64,000 bases of DNA, taken from NCBI RefSeq assembly GCF_009914755.1, contig NC_060925.1. One strand, 5' to 3'. Positions 42,785 to 57,230 of this stretch are shown one piece after another. Both the position numbers and the translations under genes were made by a program. The DNA is from the human T2T-CHM13v2.0 reference genome, Homo sapiens. Within the stretch, counting starts at the first letter, position 1. Each line of letters begins with the position of its first letter. The notes below the pieces were generated by a model. It was given only the letters and a program-made list of their open reading frames with translations, was not told the origin of the DNA and did not search any database.

Positions 42785-45700
42785 TCAGATAAAGAGTATG
42801 TGGTGGGGCAGCCACAAACTCAAACAAGGATCTTCATGGGCCTGGAATATTGTGGGCTCAAATTCTCTCTCTCCTATGACACTTTCTTTAATCCTCATTC
42901 CCACTTACTCCACAAAACCTTCTTAATCCTCCTTCCCTCTCTGGGACCAGTTAATCCTTCTTTCTCTTTTGATCTCCTACTGTAGTTCTCTATACAGCTC
43001 TGTGACAGCCCTTATTTTGCATTAATGTTAGGGTTAAGTAAAAGTCTCCCTCATTGGATTGTGGACTCTTTAAAGGCAAGAGTCCTATTTTACTGAACAA
43101 TGAACTCTAGTGCATGGCATATAGTAGGTGCACAACAAGTTTTTGTAATGAATTAATTAATATAAATGGCCACACAGTAATGTCACTTTCTCACTCATCT
43201 CTAATGGAAGTTCCTACTTGGACAGGGAGAGGACATTCTTAAAAGGTCAAAACATAATCTATATTATATGATACTAGAGAAAAACATCTTTTCATACTAT
43301 CCGCAACAAATGTATGTACTCAATAAATATTGGTTGAGTCATAATCAACTGTTAAAAACTTCCAATGAGCTTGCGAATTCAAGAATTTACTGGGAAGTTT
43401 ACCAAAAAATTAATTGTAACTCACATAGCTTTTAAGAGACACAGGATCTAAGAATACTCAGGACAAGAGACCTTTAAATCTGCACTCCCCTCAGTAATTT
43501 TAAAAGTGAATATGAGGGCCCTCCTCTCCCTCATTTGTTCCTGCAGTGAAAGAAGGAGATCACTTTGGGAGAGTTCAAACATGATATTGATCTCCTACAC
43601 TGCTGAGAGACATAATGGATTCTTTTTTTTTTAGGATAAGAATGGAGCTTTGTTTGGAAGAAAAGGGGTCCTGCAAAATGTGATAAACTTTCCAAATATC
43701 CTACAAAGTCTCTTTGTCATTTTGTAAAAGTGGACATACTGCCTTTGTTTTTGTGTGATCAAGTTTGACTCATTCTGCAAAGCCTGAGGGTTGCATTTAA
43801 AATTGGCATTAATTTTGTTTTTCACAGGCTTAGCTTTTTTCCCTGAGGCTTCTAACAAATTCTAGTTGGCTTCTGTCTCTATTATTGACCATGTGTACCA
43901 AGTGGAATATTGTCTATAAAAATTTGAAGGCATCTGTTGCTTTGCAAAGACTATGTGCCTTTTATGCCTTAGGTAAGCTTATCAATTCCAGTCCCCTTTA
44001 AGAGGAGGCTGACCATGCCCATGGTTGCAGAGGTGAAAATATAAAGAGAAGCAGATGTGGCTTGAGGCAGCAGAAGGCTAAGAGGCTCTTCAGAGCCTGT
44101 GCTCACTTTGTCTTTGAGTGAAGCTGCATCTTTGCAGAACAGCATCTCTCATTGCAAATGTCTTTGGAAGGCTCAAGCATATTTGAAAAAAATAAAAGAG
44201 GCATAACTAAACAAAACATAACCTCAAACAAAAGTGATAGAGAAGGTTGAGCCAGGACACATATAAACAGGTTTCGATGGGATGAGAAGTTATTCGAAGG
44301 CCTCCAAATAACTGTAGGAAGCCAGAAAGAGCATCGTCTATTTCTTCTCGGATAATCCCAAGATTCTTATCTATATCCCCTGACTCACTCCTCTTCATCC
44401 CCTCTATCAGCCCAACTCAACTACTGCCTGAAAGATCTATCAATACCATTCTTACTCAACAGGATCAACATTAGGCTATACATGATTCTGAACTTGCTGA
44501 GTTCATAGTTCATTGATATGTGGCTAAAAAATTATTTTTCTGTATGATCCACAATTCAGAAAATAAAATGTAGGTATGGATGGCAGGTAATCTCTTTTTC
44601 TACATGTTGCTTCCTGTCAAAGCCAATTCTTCTGCCATTTTAGTGGAAGAATAAGAAGAGTAACTACCCATAGAGTTGAGTCAGCTAAATTCACATAAAG
44701 TCTTAGCATCAAAAGCATTTATAAGGATTTTTAAATCTATTTGCATATTTTCTTCCTCTGCCCATGGAGGTAAATGTCAATTCCATTATTGTAAATCTGA
44801 TTTCCAGTCTCATAATTTTCTTTGTCTCTCCTGCTTCATTTATACTTTTCCTAAAACTTGGGGAAAAATTGTTCAATTACACAAAGAGCCCAGTAGCCCA
44901 GTGGCTATTAAGTTGTTAAACAAGCCCCCATTCTGTTTTCATTCTGTAATTATTTCTTAAATCAAGCCTGTCATAGCCATCTTGCTAATAAGTTAATTAT
45001 CCTGAAACAAAGATCAATTTGGTGTTTTGGGAACTTGGTACAAACAATATTAACACAAAGTTATAGACCTGGGAATAGTGAGTAAGGGAAAAAATGAGGA
45101 TGGTTGTTTAAACGGCTCTGAATTTGGAAATGACCCTCAAGCTAAAAATAGGAAGGAAAAACAAATGAATGTGGGATAACTAGGAACATAGGATTTGTTC
45201 TTGCAGAGCTGAAATAGCTTAATGCTTAAGAGCACAGGCATTGTAGTAAGACAGACTTGAGTTCTTATCCAAGATGTGTTCTTCCCTAATTGTATGACCT
45301 TAAGTAAGTACTTAGCCCTTTAAATTCTTTCCTTGGGAAAGTGTTACGTTGTGATTGTTCTGGGATTTAACTGGGATGTTTGCAAGATGCTTTGCCTATT
45401 ACCTAGCATATATAGTAAATGCTTAATAAATGGTAACTCGTGCCATGCACATGAGCCCACCTGTCACATTCCTGTGTGCCCATCACAGCACCCACTCACT
45501 ACAGACACATGCCCAGGGATTTCTGGTAGAGAATAGTCAGCTACCAGGTGTTAAAATCCCAAGAAAGCCTTCAGATAACTGTAAGAAAAGGACATCTCCC
45601 CTTCTCAGAATAATCCCAAGATTTTAAGGCAGAGGCACCCTCATCTTCTTCAAAGAAGTTACATCTTTCTTACCTTCATTTCTTCTCACGGCACTTCCTC

Positions 45701-46113
45701 TCCCTGGTATGCCCTTCCTTTCCTTTCTTCACCTGCTTAGTCTCACTTGTTCAGAACCTCCCCGAGCCCCACATTGCCACACGTACCCACCGCCTGGCCC
45801 CCAGGACCTCCAAGCACACCTCCATCACAGCCCTTCCCACAATGAAGTAATGATTGTCTTAGCAGTCTCTTGGCGCTTCCTCCGTCATGAGGGCAGAGAC
45901 GTTGCCGTGTTTGACTGAATTAAATTATTTCCCCCAAGTCATCCTTACTTTGAGTCCACTTCTCCAACAGGGGGAAACATTAGCACAATTTTTCTAGCAG
46001 CTACTTTACTATCCAGAATGATTGTCCACTAATCCAATTAAATTTTTTTAATAAACATTAAGCTTCTCACTACTGGCAACATTAAATGTGTGTATTAACT
46101 AAAAAGAAATTTG

Positions 46114-46420
46114 GGCTGGGAGCACTGACTCACATCTGTAATTCTAGTACTTTGGGAAGCCAAAGCAGGAGAATCACTTGAACCCAAGAGTTCGAAACCA
46201 GCCTGGGAAACATAGTGAGACCTTGTCTCTACAAAAAATTTAAACATAAAAAATTAGCCAGGTATGGTGCCACGTGCCTGTAGCCCCAGCTACTCAGGAG
46301 GCTGAGGCAGGAGCATCACTTGGGCCCAGAAGTTAGAGACTGCAGTAAGCTATAATCATCCCACTGCACTCTAGTCTAGGCAACGGAACAAGACGGTCTC
46401 TAAATAAATAAATAAATAAA
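46114..46420 (+). mobile_element. AluJ with (TAAA)n tail
   Basis: Dimeric Alu with AluJ diagnostics. Confidence 0.92.
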
Positions 46421-48759
46421 ATTAAAATCTAAAATCCAAATGCTTTTTCTACTTTATTAGTGGTATCTCTCATCATAATGTCCTGTCTTCCTACTGCAAG
46501 ATGCATTCCCCTTAGTTTTCCATCTTCTAAGCTGTTCTTTTTGATTCCACTTGATCTCCATTGAATCTTACAATAATTATGAACTGACCATATTTGGCCA
46601 TGGTAGTTAACGTCAAAATTGCAGGAGATAAATTTTTTTAAAGGATGAATCACATGGACTTAAACAAGTAATAATAAAAGGAAAGAGAAGGAAAAATAAT
46701 AAAAGAAAATAGAATGAGCCTGATCTTCCCAGGGCCTAAATTAGCCCCTAGTCACACATCTGTTGCTCAGGCAGCACAGCGGGTTTTTTTCAGGCTTTCA
46801 GGGTACCACTTAGAGCTCTGTAGCAGGGAGACACTCGAGCATTAAAGAGAATGGAGCCTGTAATTAGGAGAGGTACCAATGTCACATGAGGCTGAAATTT
46901 GACTTCTGAGGCTCTAACGAATTTCTTTAGTTTGGAAGCTTTCTTGGCAAAGCTTTAAATCTCAATGCCACTACTTTGTAGTTTTGCAAAGCCTCAAATT
47001 GCTGGAATGCTGGGAGGAGAGAAGAGAAAATAGAAAGGGGAAAAGGGTATGTTAATTAATTTAATTTTCTGGTTAATTCAGCTTGACGAGTATTTGTCTA
47101 ACTGCTGGGCTCAGAATGCTGTAGGTGCAGTAGAGAAAAAACGAGAACTGCACAGTGTAATTCTTGTCTAAAACGAGCATATCATTTTTCTCATTTTCTC
47201 CCTTTAACGCTTTCTTTACCAAGTCATTTCAAAGTATTTTAGTCCTCACTAGTGGTTTAATAAGTACAGAAAAGCCAATATGATTTAATCTTGCTTCCAT
47301 GCATCTCCAATGATCAGTCTAATACCTAGAACAAAGTAGGTGTTCAATATATCTATATTGAATTGCATCCTGTAGGTGGTATACGAGATTGGGTCCAATC
47401 TATATGGATCTCAAGAGATATTCTAAAAGTTTATTTATTTGACGAAATCTATTAATCACCCTATTTTCTGGGCTACAGATCCCTTTCTTAAGCAACTTTT
47501 GATTGAGAAGCAATGCATTATCTAGTCAGTATCATCTTAATGAAATCTTAAATCCTCTTGGTATTTACTACATTGGGGTTTATTTCAGCTACCCCCAATA
47601 GAAGTAAGTGCTTTCTGCAGCAACTTAATTTTAGAAGTGTTCTGTCATAGTACCCAAAGATTAGCGAGCAGAATATTGGGCACTTGATATCTGCTCATGA
47701 TCTGGACATTGGTCAAGCTAAGGATGTTTGCTCTGGGGCTGTACCTGAATCTATAAAATTTAGACAATCGGCCACTGCAGCCACCCTCCCTTCAGCTAAA
47801 GAATTGTTCCGAACCCCGATTACCACCACTGACTTGGATTCTTTTCTCTTGGGCCCTTTTCTCTCAACCACAACCTCCTGCATGGCCTGAAACCGAGCCT
47901 CTCCCTTCTTATTGTTAGTGGTCTGGCTTTGAATCGACTGTCTCCTAATTAGACAGCCAGATCAAGGGGCTCTGGGAAAGGAGTCTGGAATGCTTTCTCT
48001 CAGTCAAAGGGGATAGGGGGCCAAAGCCCTGGTTGGGCTGTGAGGGAGGGGCAGCTAAGCTGGGCCCATGTGTGTGGGTGCTGGTGGCTGGAACTCTGGG
48101 ACAGAACCAGAGCAGCTTCTTTAGGAAGTGCCAGACCAGACATGGCCCATATCAGAAATCCATTCTCCCATCTCAGAGAGGCTCTTGGAAGGAGGCTAGG
48201 CCCACTCTTCCTTTGATTCCTGAGGGAGACCGAATAGTGATGAGAGGAGAAAAACAGAATCCATGCTAGATGACCTCAATCCTCTCAGCAAACTAAAAGG
48301 CAGGGTTATTTGCAAAGAGGTTTAGAAGGCTGCTGTGGGGTGCAACTAGAGTCAACAATAGACAAAGAGGATTGCTGGGCAGTAGCCAGTTTCCCTGTAG
48401 CTTTAAGCTACCAACCCACACAGACCCATAGGAGTTGGGAAGTCATCTGCCTCTTGCAGTCAACTTTGCCTGCCCTTGCTCCTTCTGATTTCCTGGCCAG
48501 TCTGCAGGAAGGTTCTTCTGCCAACAACCACAGCCACCCAGCAAGGTACATGCATCATGCAGAGAAACAGAATCACCTACTAAGGTCCCCAAATGGGGAA
48601 GAAGATAAAGAATATTTCAGTATATTGCATCTGGACCTGGCTTGGCACAGTTTCTGAGGATTCTTGGGGGTCCATCCTAAGACTACTTCCAAAAGCCCTG
48701 CTTTGTTCTGCAAGTGCCCAGCTAAGATCTGATCCTGCCAGCCTTGGCATCTGCATCTG

Positions 48760-49005
48760 TCTGATGCAGACAGATGTGGATTTGGATCCTGGCTCTGCAA
48801 TGTAGTTACACAACCTGGACAAGTTATTTAATCTCTTTGAGGCTCAGTTTTTGAATCTTTAAAATGGAGATAATGTTTTATAATGTTATTGTAGGAATCG
48901 AATAAATCCATATAAAATCCAAGTGATAAATTAAAATTGATAAAAAATGTATAAAGAAAACCTCTAATGCAGTGTGTGGCACATAGTAGTTGTTCAGTAA
49001 ATGGC
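48760..49005 (+). mobile_element. MIR
   Basis: atttggatcctggctctgc...ggacaagttatttaatctctttgaggctcagttt...ggcacatagtag. Confidence 0.75.
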
Positions 49006-49499
49006 GTTACCTGGTGCTCCTGTTGTTGAGTGCTGATGAAGATTCCAAAAAATATTCTCTGAGCTAATGTCGTAGGAATAATCAAAGTTATCTTAAGTTA
49101 ACCTTCTCTGCTAGGTTTCTATAGCAGAATAAATCAAAGTCACTATTACAGTGTTAAGCTTCATGTTCAAGGAGAAGTTTTTCATAAAACAGTTCATAAA
49201 TATCACAACAATTTTCTCTAGTATCTCTTTATTGTGTTGACTTTTTCCCCACAAAGTTCTCTGGGTGCTGCCTATATCCAGTGAAATAAAGATTCTGTAC
49301 AGAAGGCTTAGAAAATAAGTGTTTTACTCAGATATACACAGCCTTCAAGTGTTCTGTACTCATCCCTTTGCATACCAATCATGTCTGTTTTTAGATCTGT
49401 CTTCTTTCATGATTTGTCCTTCTTTCATTCTGTTAAAAAAAAAAAAAAAAAAAAAAAAAGTATGTTCCGCCAAGCTTGGTTCAGCAGGGCTGTACCACA

Positions 49500-50150
49500 G
49501 GAATTCTCATCAAAACATGGGACTGACTCTACTTTCTCAGAGAATTGTTCCCACCCATCTCACTCACCACGTCCACTTAGGTGTTTCTCTTTCAAATTTT
49601 GTAGTTAATTATGAGGCTTTAGAAATATGGTTCTGCAAAGTAGTCTCAATGGTTGTTACTCCATTGCTGATAACTTCACTCCAGGAGCCATGAGTTTTTA
49701 AAGTTTATTACTCTTTTAGTGCAATCTTCAATTTTTAGTTGAAGAAAAACAAAGTCACTGCAAAGAGAACACCAATCAATCAATCTTTTGGAGGGACATC
49801 TCCAAACATATAAAAGAAATTTTGAAGGGCCAGTTATTTGCATGTTGAAGGAGCTTCAGTAACAAACAAGAAATGCCATTGGTGGAGAGCCTGCTTAATT
49901 GAAATCTCTTGCATGAATCAAGGGAGAAGTAAAAATTTCAAGAAGCTCATTTGGTTCTTAGAGAATGACACTTATGGGATATATAACACTGAAACAAAAC
50001 AGCCAATTGATTTCCCCATCAAGAAGGAGAGGAAAAAAATGGGAGACAGACCTAAGTTTAATCAAAAGCAGAATCGCAGAGGAAAGATTGAACTGGTACC
50101 ATCCCTTTTCAGTCCATTTAGGGTGTCTCATAGACATAACATTGCTCATT
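49500..50150 (+). mobile_element. Probable ancient hAT (Tip100/Zaphod-like) transposase C-terminal fossil
   Basis: Frame-broken motifs in the order expected for the hAT dimerisation domain: ALEIW, PNI, PV..C*RSFS, KSRIAEERLN...SVH...IDI. Confidence 0.4.
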
Positions 50151-50787
50151 ATGTGGCAAGCCCTATCTCTATTGCAGTTTGAAAATCAGAGCCAAAAGAA
50201 AATAAAAACAAAAACTCATTTCCGCCATTAAAAATGCAAACCATGATTATAGTTTTCTCCTCAGATGGTGCATAATTCTCCTCCCTCTGCTATAATTCCC
50301 TTTCCTAATCTAGATATATTTTGTAGACTTTTGAAAGTTGTTACTGCATTTGTTATTCAAATTAAAACATGTGTTGTGAATGAACTAGGGAATTTGGTGA
50401 GCATTTCATTTTGAAATTTCCAATTGACCTCTCTAGCCCTCTTATATTAAATGACATAAAACAGATTATGCAGACCACATCCTCTGCAAATTCTGTCCTT
50501 AGGAATAAGAAAAGGATTTTCTTAAGATTCCTAGACATTAAATAACAATTACCTAAAACATAGCATCCATCTAATCACAGAATTTCAGAGCTGTGAGCAA
50601 CTTTAGACATCATCTGGTCTATTGTCCTGCAATTATATCTCCCTGGATCCTTTTCTGACCCATGAAATGTAAATAAATTTTTATTCCTAGAAACTCATCA
50701 CTCTACCTATGCTACCGCTGCAGCACTATCACTCCTGCTACCCTTTGTATTTTGAAGTTAACATCCAAGGTTCTTGTAGCTGAAAAC

Positions 50788-52643
<1,856 letters not shown>

Positions 52644-52704
52644 TCACTATTTCAATTTCAAAACACTGTTTAAAAATCCCAAAGTCAAGAAAACCTAATG
52701 TATG

Positions 52705-52905
52705 TAAGGGCTTCACAATTTTTTCACGACTGACATTTTATGAGATGGGACAAATCTTTGTTGTGAGGATGGCTGTCCTGGGTACTGTAGGATATTTAGC
52801 AGCATCCCTGGCAAGTAGCCCCCTGACCCTCTGCAAGTGTGACAACCAAAAATGTCTCCTGCCATTGCCACGTTTCCTTGGGGGAGTGGGGATCGTTTCT
52901 GCTTG
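52705..52905 (+). mobile_element. MER20 (hAT-Charlie)
   Basis: ggctgtcctgggtactgtaggatatttagcagcatccctggc...gtgacaaccaaaaatgtctcc. Confidence 0.85.
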
Positions 52906-53834
52906 TTAAGTATCAACATATGTTGTTTATGAAAAACAAGTGAGAAAAAAATGTTGATGATCTAGAAGCCAGTTCTCCCTTCACCATACACACAACCTCT
53001 CCAACACTGAATGTCATCATTTTGTAAAAATCTTTGCCAATTAAGTGGCAATTATGATAATATTCAATCAGAATGCTCTTCAGGGTTCAGTGCCATAATA
53101 TTTGCTAAAAGAATTAAAAGAAAAGTCCCATGCCACTCTGGAGTTGTAGAAGTGAAATGTTGTAGAAAATGAAATCTGACTTAATTCTGTGGTCCTGATA
53201 TAAGAGTAAATTGGCTTCAGCAGCATCTGCGCCATCCCATGGCTGAGTTGACTATATGAATGTTATCTTCATTCCTCATGGCTCTACGTTTGTATGTCCA
53301 GAGCTTAAGTGGTCAGTTGAAGAATCCACATGTGAATAGCTAGTACATAGTAGTTATTCAACAAATACTTGTTAAATGATTTTATGAATTGTGCTTTATC
53401 TTTTCCTCTTGAATTGGACAATCAGCCATTTTAGTCTATGCTGGAAATAAAAATATTCTTGTTCAAATTACTCGGAGGATATAAGACCCCCTAGAAAGTC
53501 TCAACGTTTCTTATATTCCTCACTCTACATCCCCAAGTTTTAAAAAAATGTGTATGTGTTTGAGAGAGGGAGAGATCATATGCATGTATGTTACAGAAGC
53601 AATCAAAAATATATGGGACATGGTCTCTCAGCCGTAGGGTCTCAAAGAGAGAAATGAAAGTGACAATTTGTGTCAGGCTTTATGCTGGGATATTAAATAG
53701 ACCATCTCTGTAGTCCTCACAACAATCCCTTGAGGTGGATATTATCACCACTATTGTATAGATGCTAAGAAATAAGTTGCTCAAAGTCAGACAGCTGCTA
53801 CACGGGAGAGCAGAAACTCCAGTTAAGCACTAGC

Positions 53835-54500
53835 TGTGTTTTCAGCTGTCTGAACCGGGTTTACAAGCCTCCCATGGCTCACTTGGCCTCATGTGCCCCC
53901 TTGGCCTCGGTTGCTTCTTGAATGGAGAGCTCTGTCTGCTACTGCCCTGACTGTCACCGCATATCCTAACCTTGGTGATGGCCCCAGCCAGCCTCTTCAA
54001 GGTTGAGGGCTGGACCTCATCATTCTCACCATTGTGGGATCTCCTGCAGAGCCAGTACCTAGACCCCAGCAGACCAGACTTACAGAGGTGCTGGCTCTTT
54101 CAGCACTTCTAGATTCAGGGGCTGTGCTGCTCCCTGAGCCCTGGCTTCCCAGTGGCTGCTCAGAGAGGCTGGGCAGTGCAACCAAGAAGTGGGGGGATCC
54201 AACTCCCCCTAGGAAAACTTGGAGCAGTGAAAGACAGGAGACTGGAGGAACCAGCAGCTGAAGTCCCCTCACTCCCTCCCCCTACCAGACTGGCCTGAGA
54301 TAGAGTAGCTCCATGTAGCCTTTCTGGAGACCATGTTGCCGGCTGTGTTTATTAATGAAGCTGGGGTGCAGCTCATAACATTGCCCTCCTTCTTTGCCTT
54401 ACTCCCCTTTTCCACTTCACGCTTAATGCCCACACACTTAAAATGTTAACTTGGAAGTTTTGCCTTAGTTTCCATTTTCTAGGGAACCCTGGCTAAAACA
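53835..54500 (+). mobile_element. Old ERVL-class LTR (LTR41/LTR16-like)
   Basis: GC-richer block ending ...ttctagggaaccctggctaaaaca; the family assignment is tentative. Confidence 0.5.
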
Positions 54501-54714
54501 TAAATCTTTAATTTATAAAATGACAGTGCTGCTGCCCATCCCTCAAAAGTTCAAGGAAAAATAGAAACAAAACCCCTGTTAGTAGATATTGCCCCAGACT
54601 GATGATAACTAACAGATATCTGAAAAGAAAAACAGCCAGCATATGTAGATGTGAAAAGCAGTGCATTGAGATGGCACTCACTGTACCTTTGTGGCCACCT
54701 TGTATCTGCCCTAA

Positions 54715-57230
54715 ACTACCAGTTTTCAAGACACTGGACATCAAGCAATGAAGTGGTCCCTGGTAGAAGGGAAACAAATGCAGTGAGCCCTGTGATTGCT
54801 TCAGAGCCTGGAGATGTTTCCAGGCCACGGTGCAGGAAAAAGGAAACCCTTTGGAGGCTGGTGGACTCCATGAGTTGAGGAGATGGAACTGAGAGTCCAA
54901 GAAATCAAGGTGGCTAGAGTTGCAGGACAAAAGTATCAGAGATGAGAGAGATACACAGTTGACTCTGGAAATATGCAGAGGGCCTAATCAGATATTCAGT
55001 GGCCACCTTGTATCTGTCCTAATGATATCCTGTTTTTTCCCCCTTGCTTTTAGACAGAAGGGCTGTGTCAACACTTACTGGAGTAGAATGGCTGCCTTTG
55101 TCTTACTATAATGACCATATGCCACCTGGTAAGATGGAAAGTGTCAGTCATCCCAAGTTCAAATCTTAGCTCTTCTGCATGCACATGAGGAAATTGCCTG
55201 ATGCTGAGGAAAAAAAAAAAACATACAAAAGGATTAGAGAAAACAGTACCTGGTGCTCACACCAGGCTTGGAATAGTGCCAGTGTCCTTCAGGCAGACTG
55301 GAAAACTTCATAATTCACAAAACATGGGGAGAGGCTTTGCTCAACAGTGGGGAATAATTAGCCCTAAACACTGCTCTGATCCAACCTAACAAATCTTAAA
55401 AGCAAGACCTGAAAGATGAAACTGTTTCCAAGTAACTAAACTGCATTCCAGAACAAAGCTCAAGAATATTTATAGAAATACAAAAATATCCAGCATCCAA
55501 CAAGGTCAAATTGTCAATGTCTGGCATCCAGTAAAAAATTACCAGGCATGCAAAGAAACAGGAAAATATACCCCATAATGAGGTAAAAAAAAAAAAAATC
55601 AACTGAAACTGACTCAGAACTGACACAAATGTTACAATTAACAGAGAAAGACATTAAAAGTAACTGTAATTTTATTTCAGATGTTCAAAAGCTTAAATGG
55701 AGACATGGAAAATTTTTTTAAAAGGCTCAAATCAGACATTTAGAGTTGAAAACTACAATGTCTGAGATGACAGATATCCAGGATGGGCTTAATATATCCA
55801 CACAATGGAATACTAATGAATAATGAAAAGGAATGAACTAAGGATATAACAACATTGATGAATCTCAGAATAATAGTACTGAGTGAAAGAACCCAGACAA
55901 AAATAGTTGCATACGGTATTATTCATTTTATGTAAAAATCTAGAAAATGTAAAATAATCTGTGGTTACAGAAAGCAGATAAATGGTTACCTGGGGAGAGG
56001 AGAAGGAAAAGGGATTCCAAAGGGGCATGAGGAGTCTTTGGGGGGTGATGGGTATGTTAACTATTTTTATTTTTATGATGGTTTCACGGGTGTAGACATA
56101 TATCAAAACTTATAATTTGTTTTTTTAAATATAATTTCAATTTTTATTTTGATTTGGGGTACATGTGCAGATTTGCTACCTGGGTATGTTGCATGCTGCT
56201 GAGGTTTAGAGTATGATTGACGCCATCACCCGGGTAGTGAACACAGTACCCAATAGATAGTTTTTCAAACTTTGTCCCCCACCTTCCCTCCCCTCTCTAG
56301 TAGTCCCCAGAGTCTGTTGTTCCCATCTTTATCTCCCTGCATAACCAGTGTTTAGCTTCCACTTATAAGTGAGAACATGTGGTATTTGGTTTTCTGTTCC
56401 TTTGCTAATTCACTTAGCATAATGGCTTCCAGATGCTTCCATGTTGCTGCAAAGGACATGATTTCATTCTTTTTTATGGCTGTGTCTTATTCCATGATGT
56501 ATATGTACCACATTTTCTTTATCCAGTCCACCATTGTTGGGGACCCAGGTTAATTCCATGTCTTTGCTATTGTGAATAGTGCTGTAATGAACATATGAGT
56601 GCATTTGTCTTTTTAGTAGAATGATTTATTTTCTTTGGATATATACCCAGTAATGGAATTCCTGGGTCAAATGGTCAAAGAACCTGTTTTAAGTTCTTTG
56701 AGAAATCTCCAAACTGCATTCCACAGTGGCTGAACTAATTTGTATTCCCACCAATAGTAAAAACATTTCCTTTTCTCTGCAGCCTCTGCAGCATCCATCT
56801 TTTTTTGTCTCTTTAATAATAGCCTTCTGACTGGTGTGAGATGGTATCTCATTGTAGTTTTGATTTGCATTTCTCTGATGATTAATGATGTTGAGCATTT
56901 TTTCATGTTTTTTGGCCACTTGTAAGTCTTTTTTTGAGAAGTGTTTATGTCTTTTGCCCACTTTTTAATAGGGTTATTTGTTTTTTGCTTGTTGAATTGT
57001 TTAAGTTTCTTATAAATTCTGGATATTAGACCTTTGTTGGATGTGTAGTTTATGAATATTTTCTCTCATTCTGTAGGTTGTGTGTTTACTCTGTTGGTAG
57101 TTTCTTTTGCTGTGCAAAAGCTCTTTGGTTTAATTAGGTCCCACTTGTCAATTTTTAAAACTTATAATCTGCATACTTTAAATATGTGCAGTTCATTGTG
57201 TATCACTTAGAACTCAGTAAAGTTATTTTT
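54715..57230 (+). mobile_element. L1MD-like element: 5'UTR/ORF1 start joined directly to the 3'UTR, interrupted by other inserts
   Basis: 5' part: ttttcaagacactggacatc...aactacaatgtctgagatg. 3' part: atatccacacaatggaatac...tttaaatatgtgcagttcattgtg. Confidence 0.7.
56120..57156 (-). mobile_element. L1PA15/16-like 3' fragment nested in the L1MD 3'UTR
   Basis: TSD aaaacttataatttg (56105-56119) / aaaacttataatctg (57157-57171). Confidence 0.9.
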
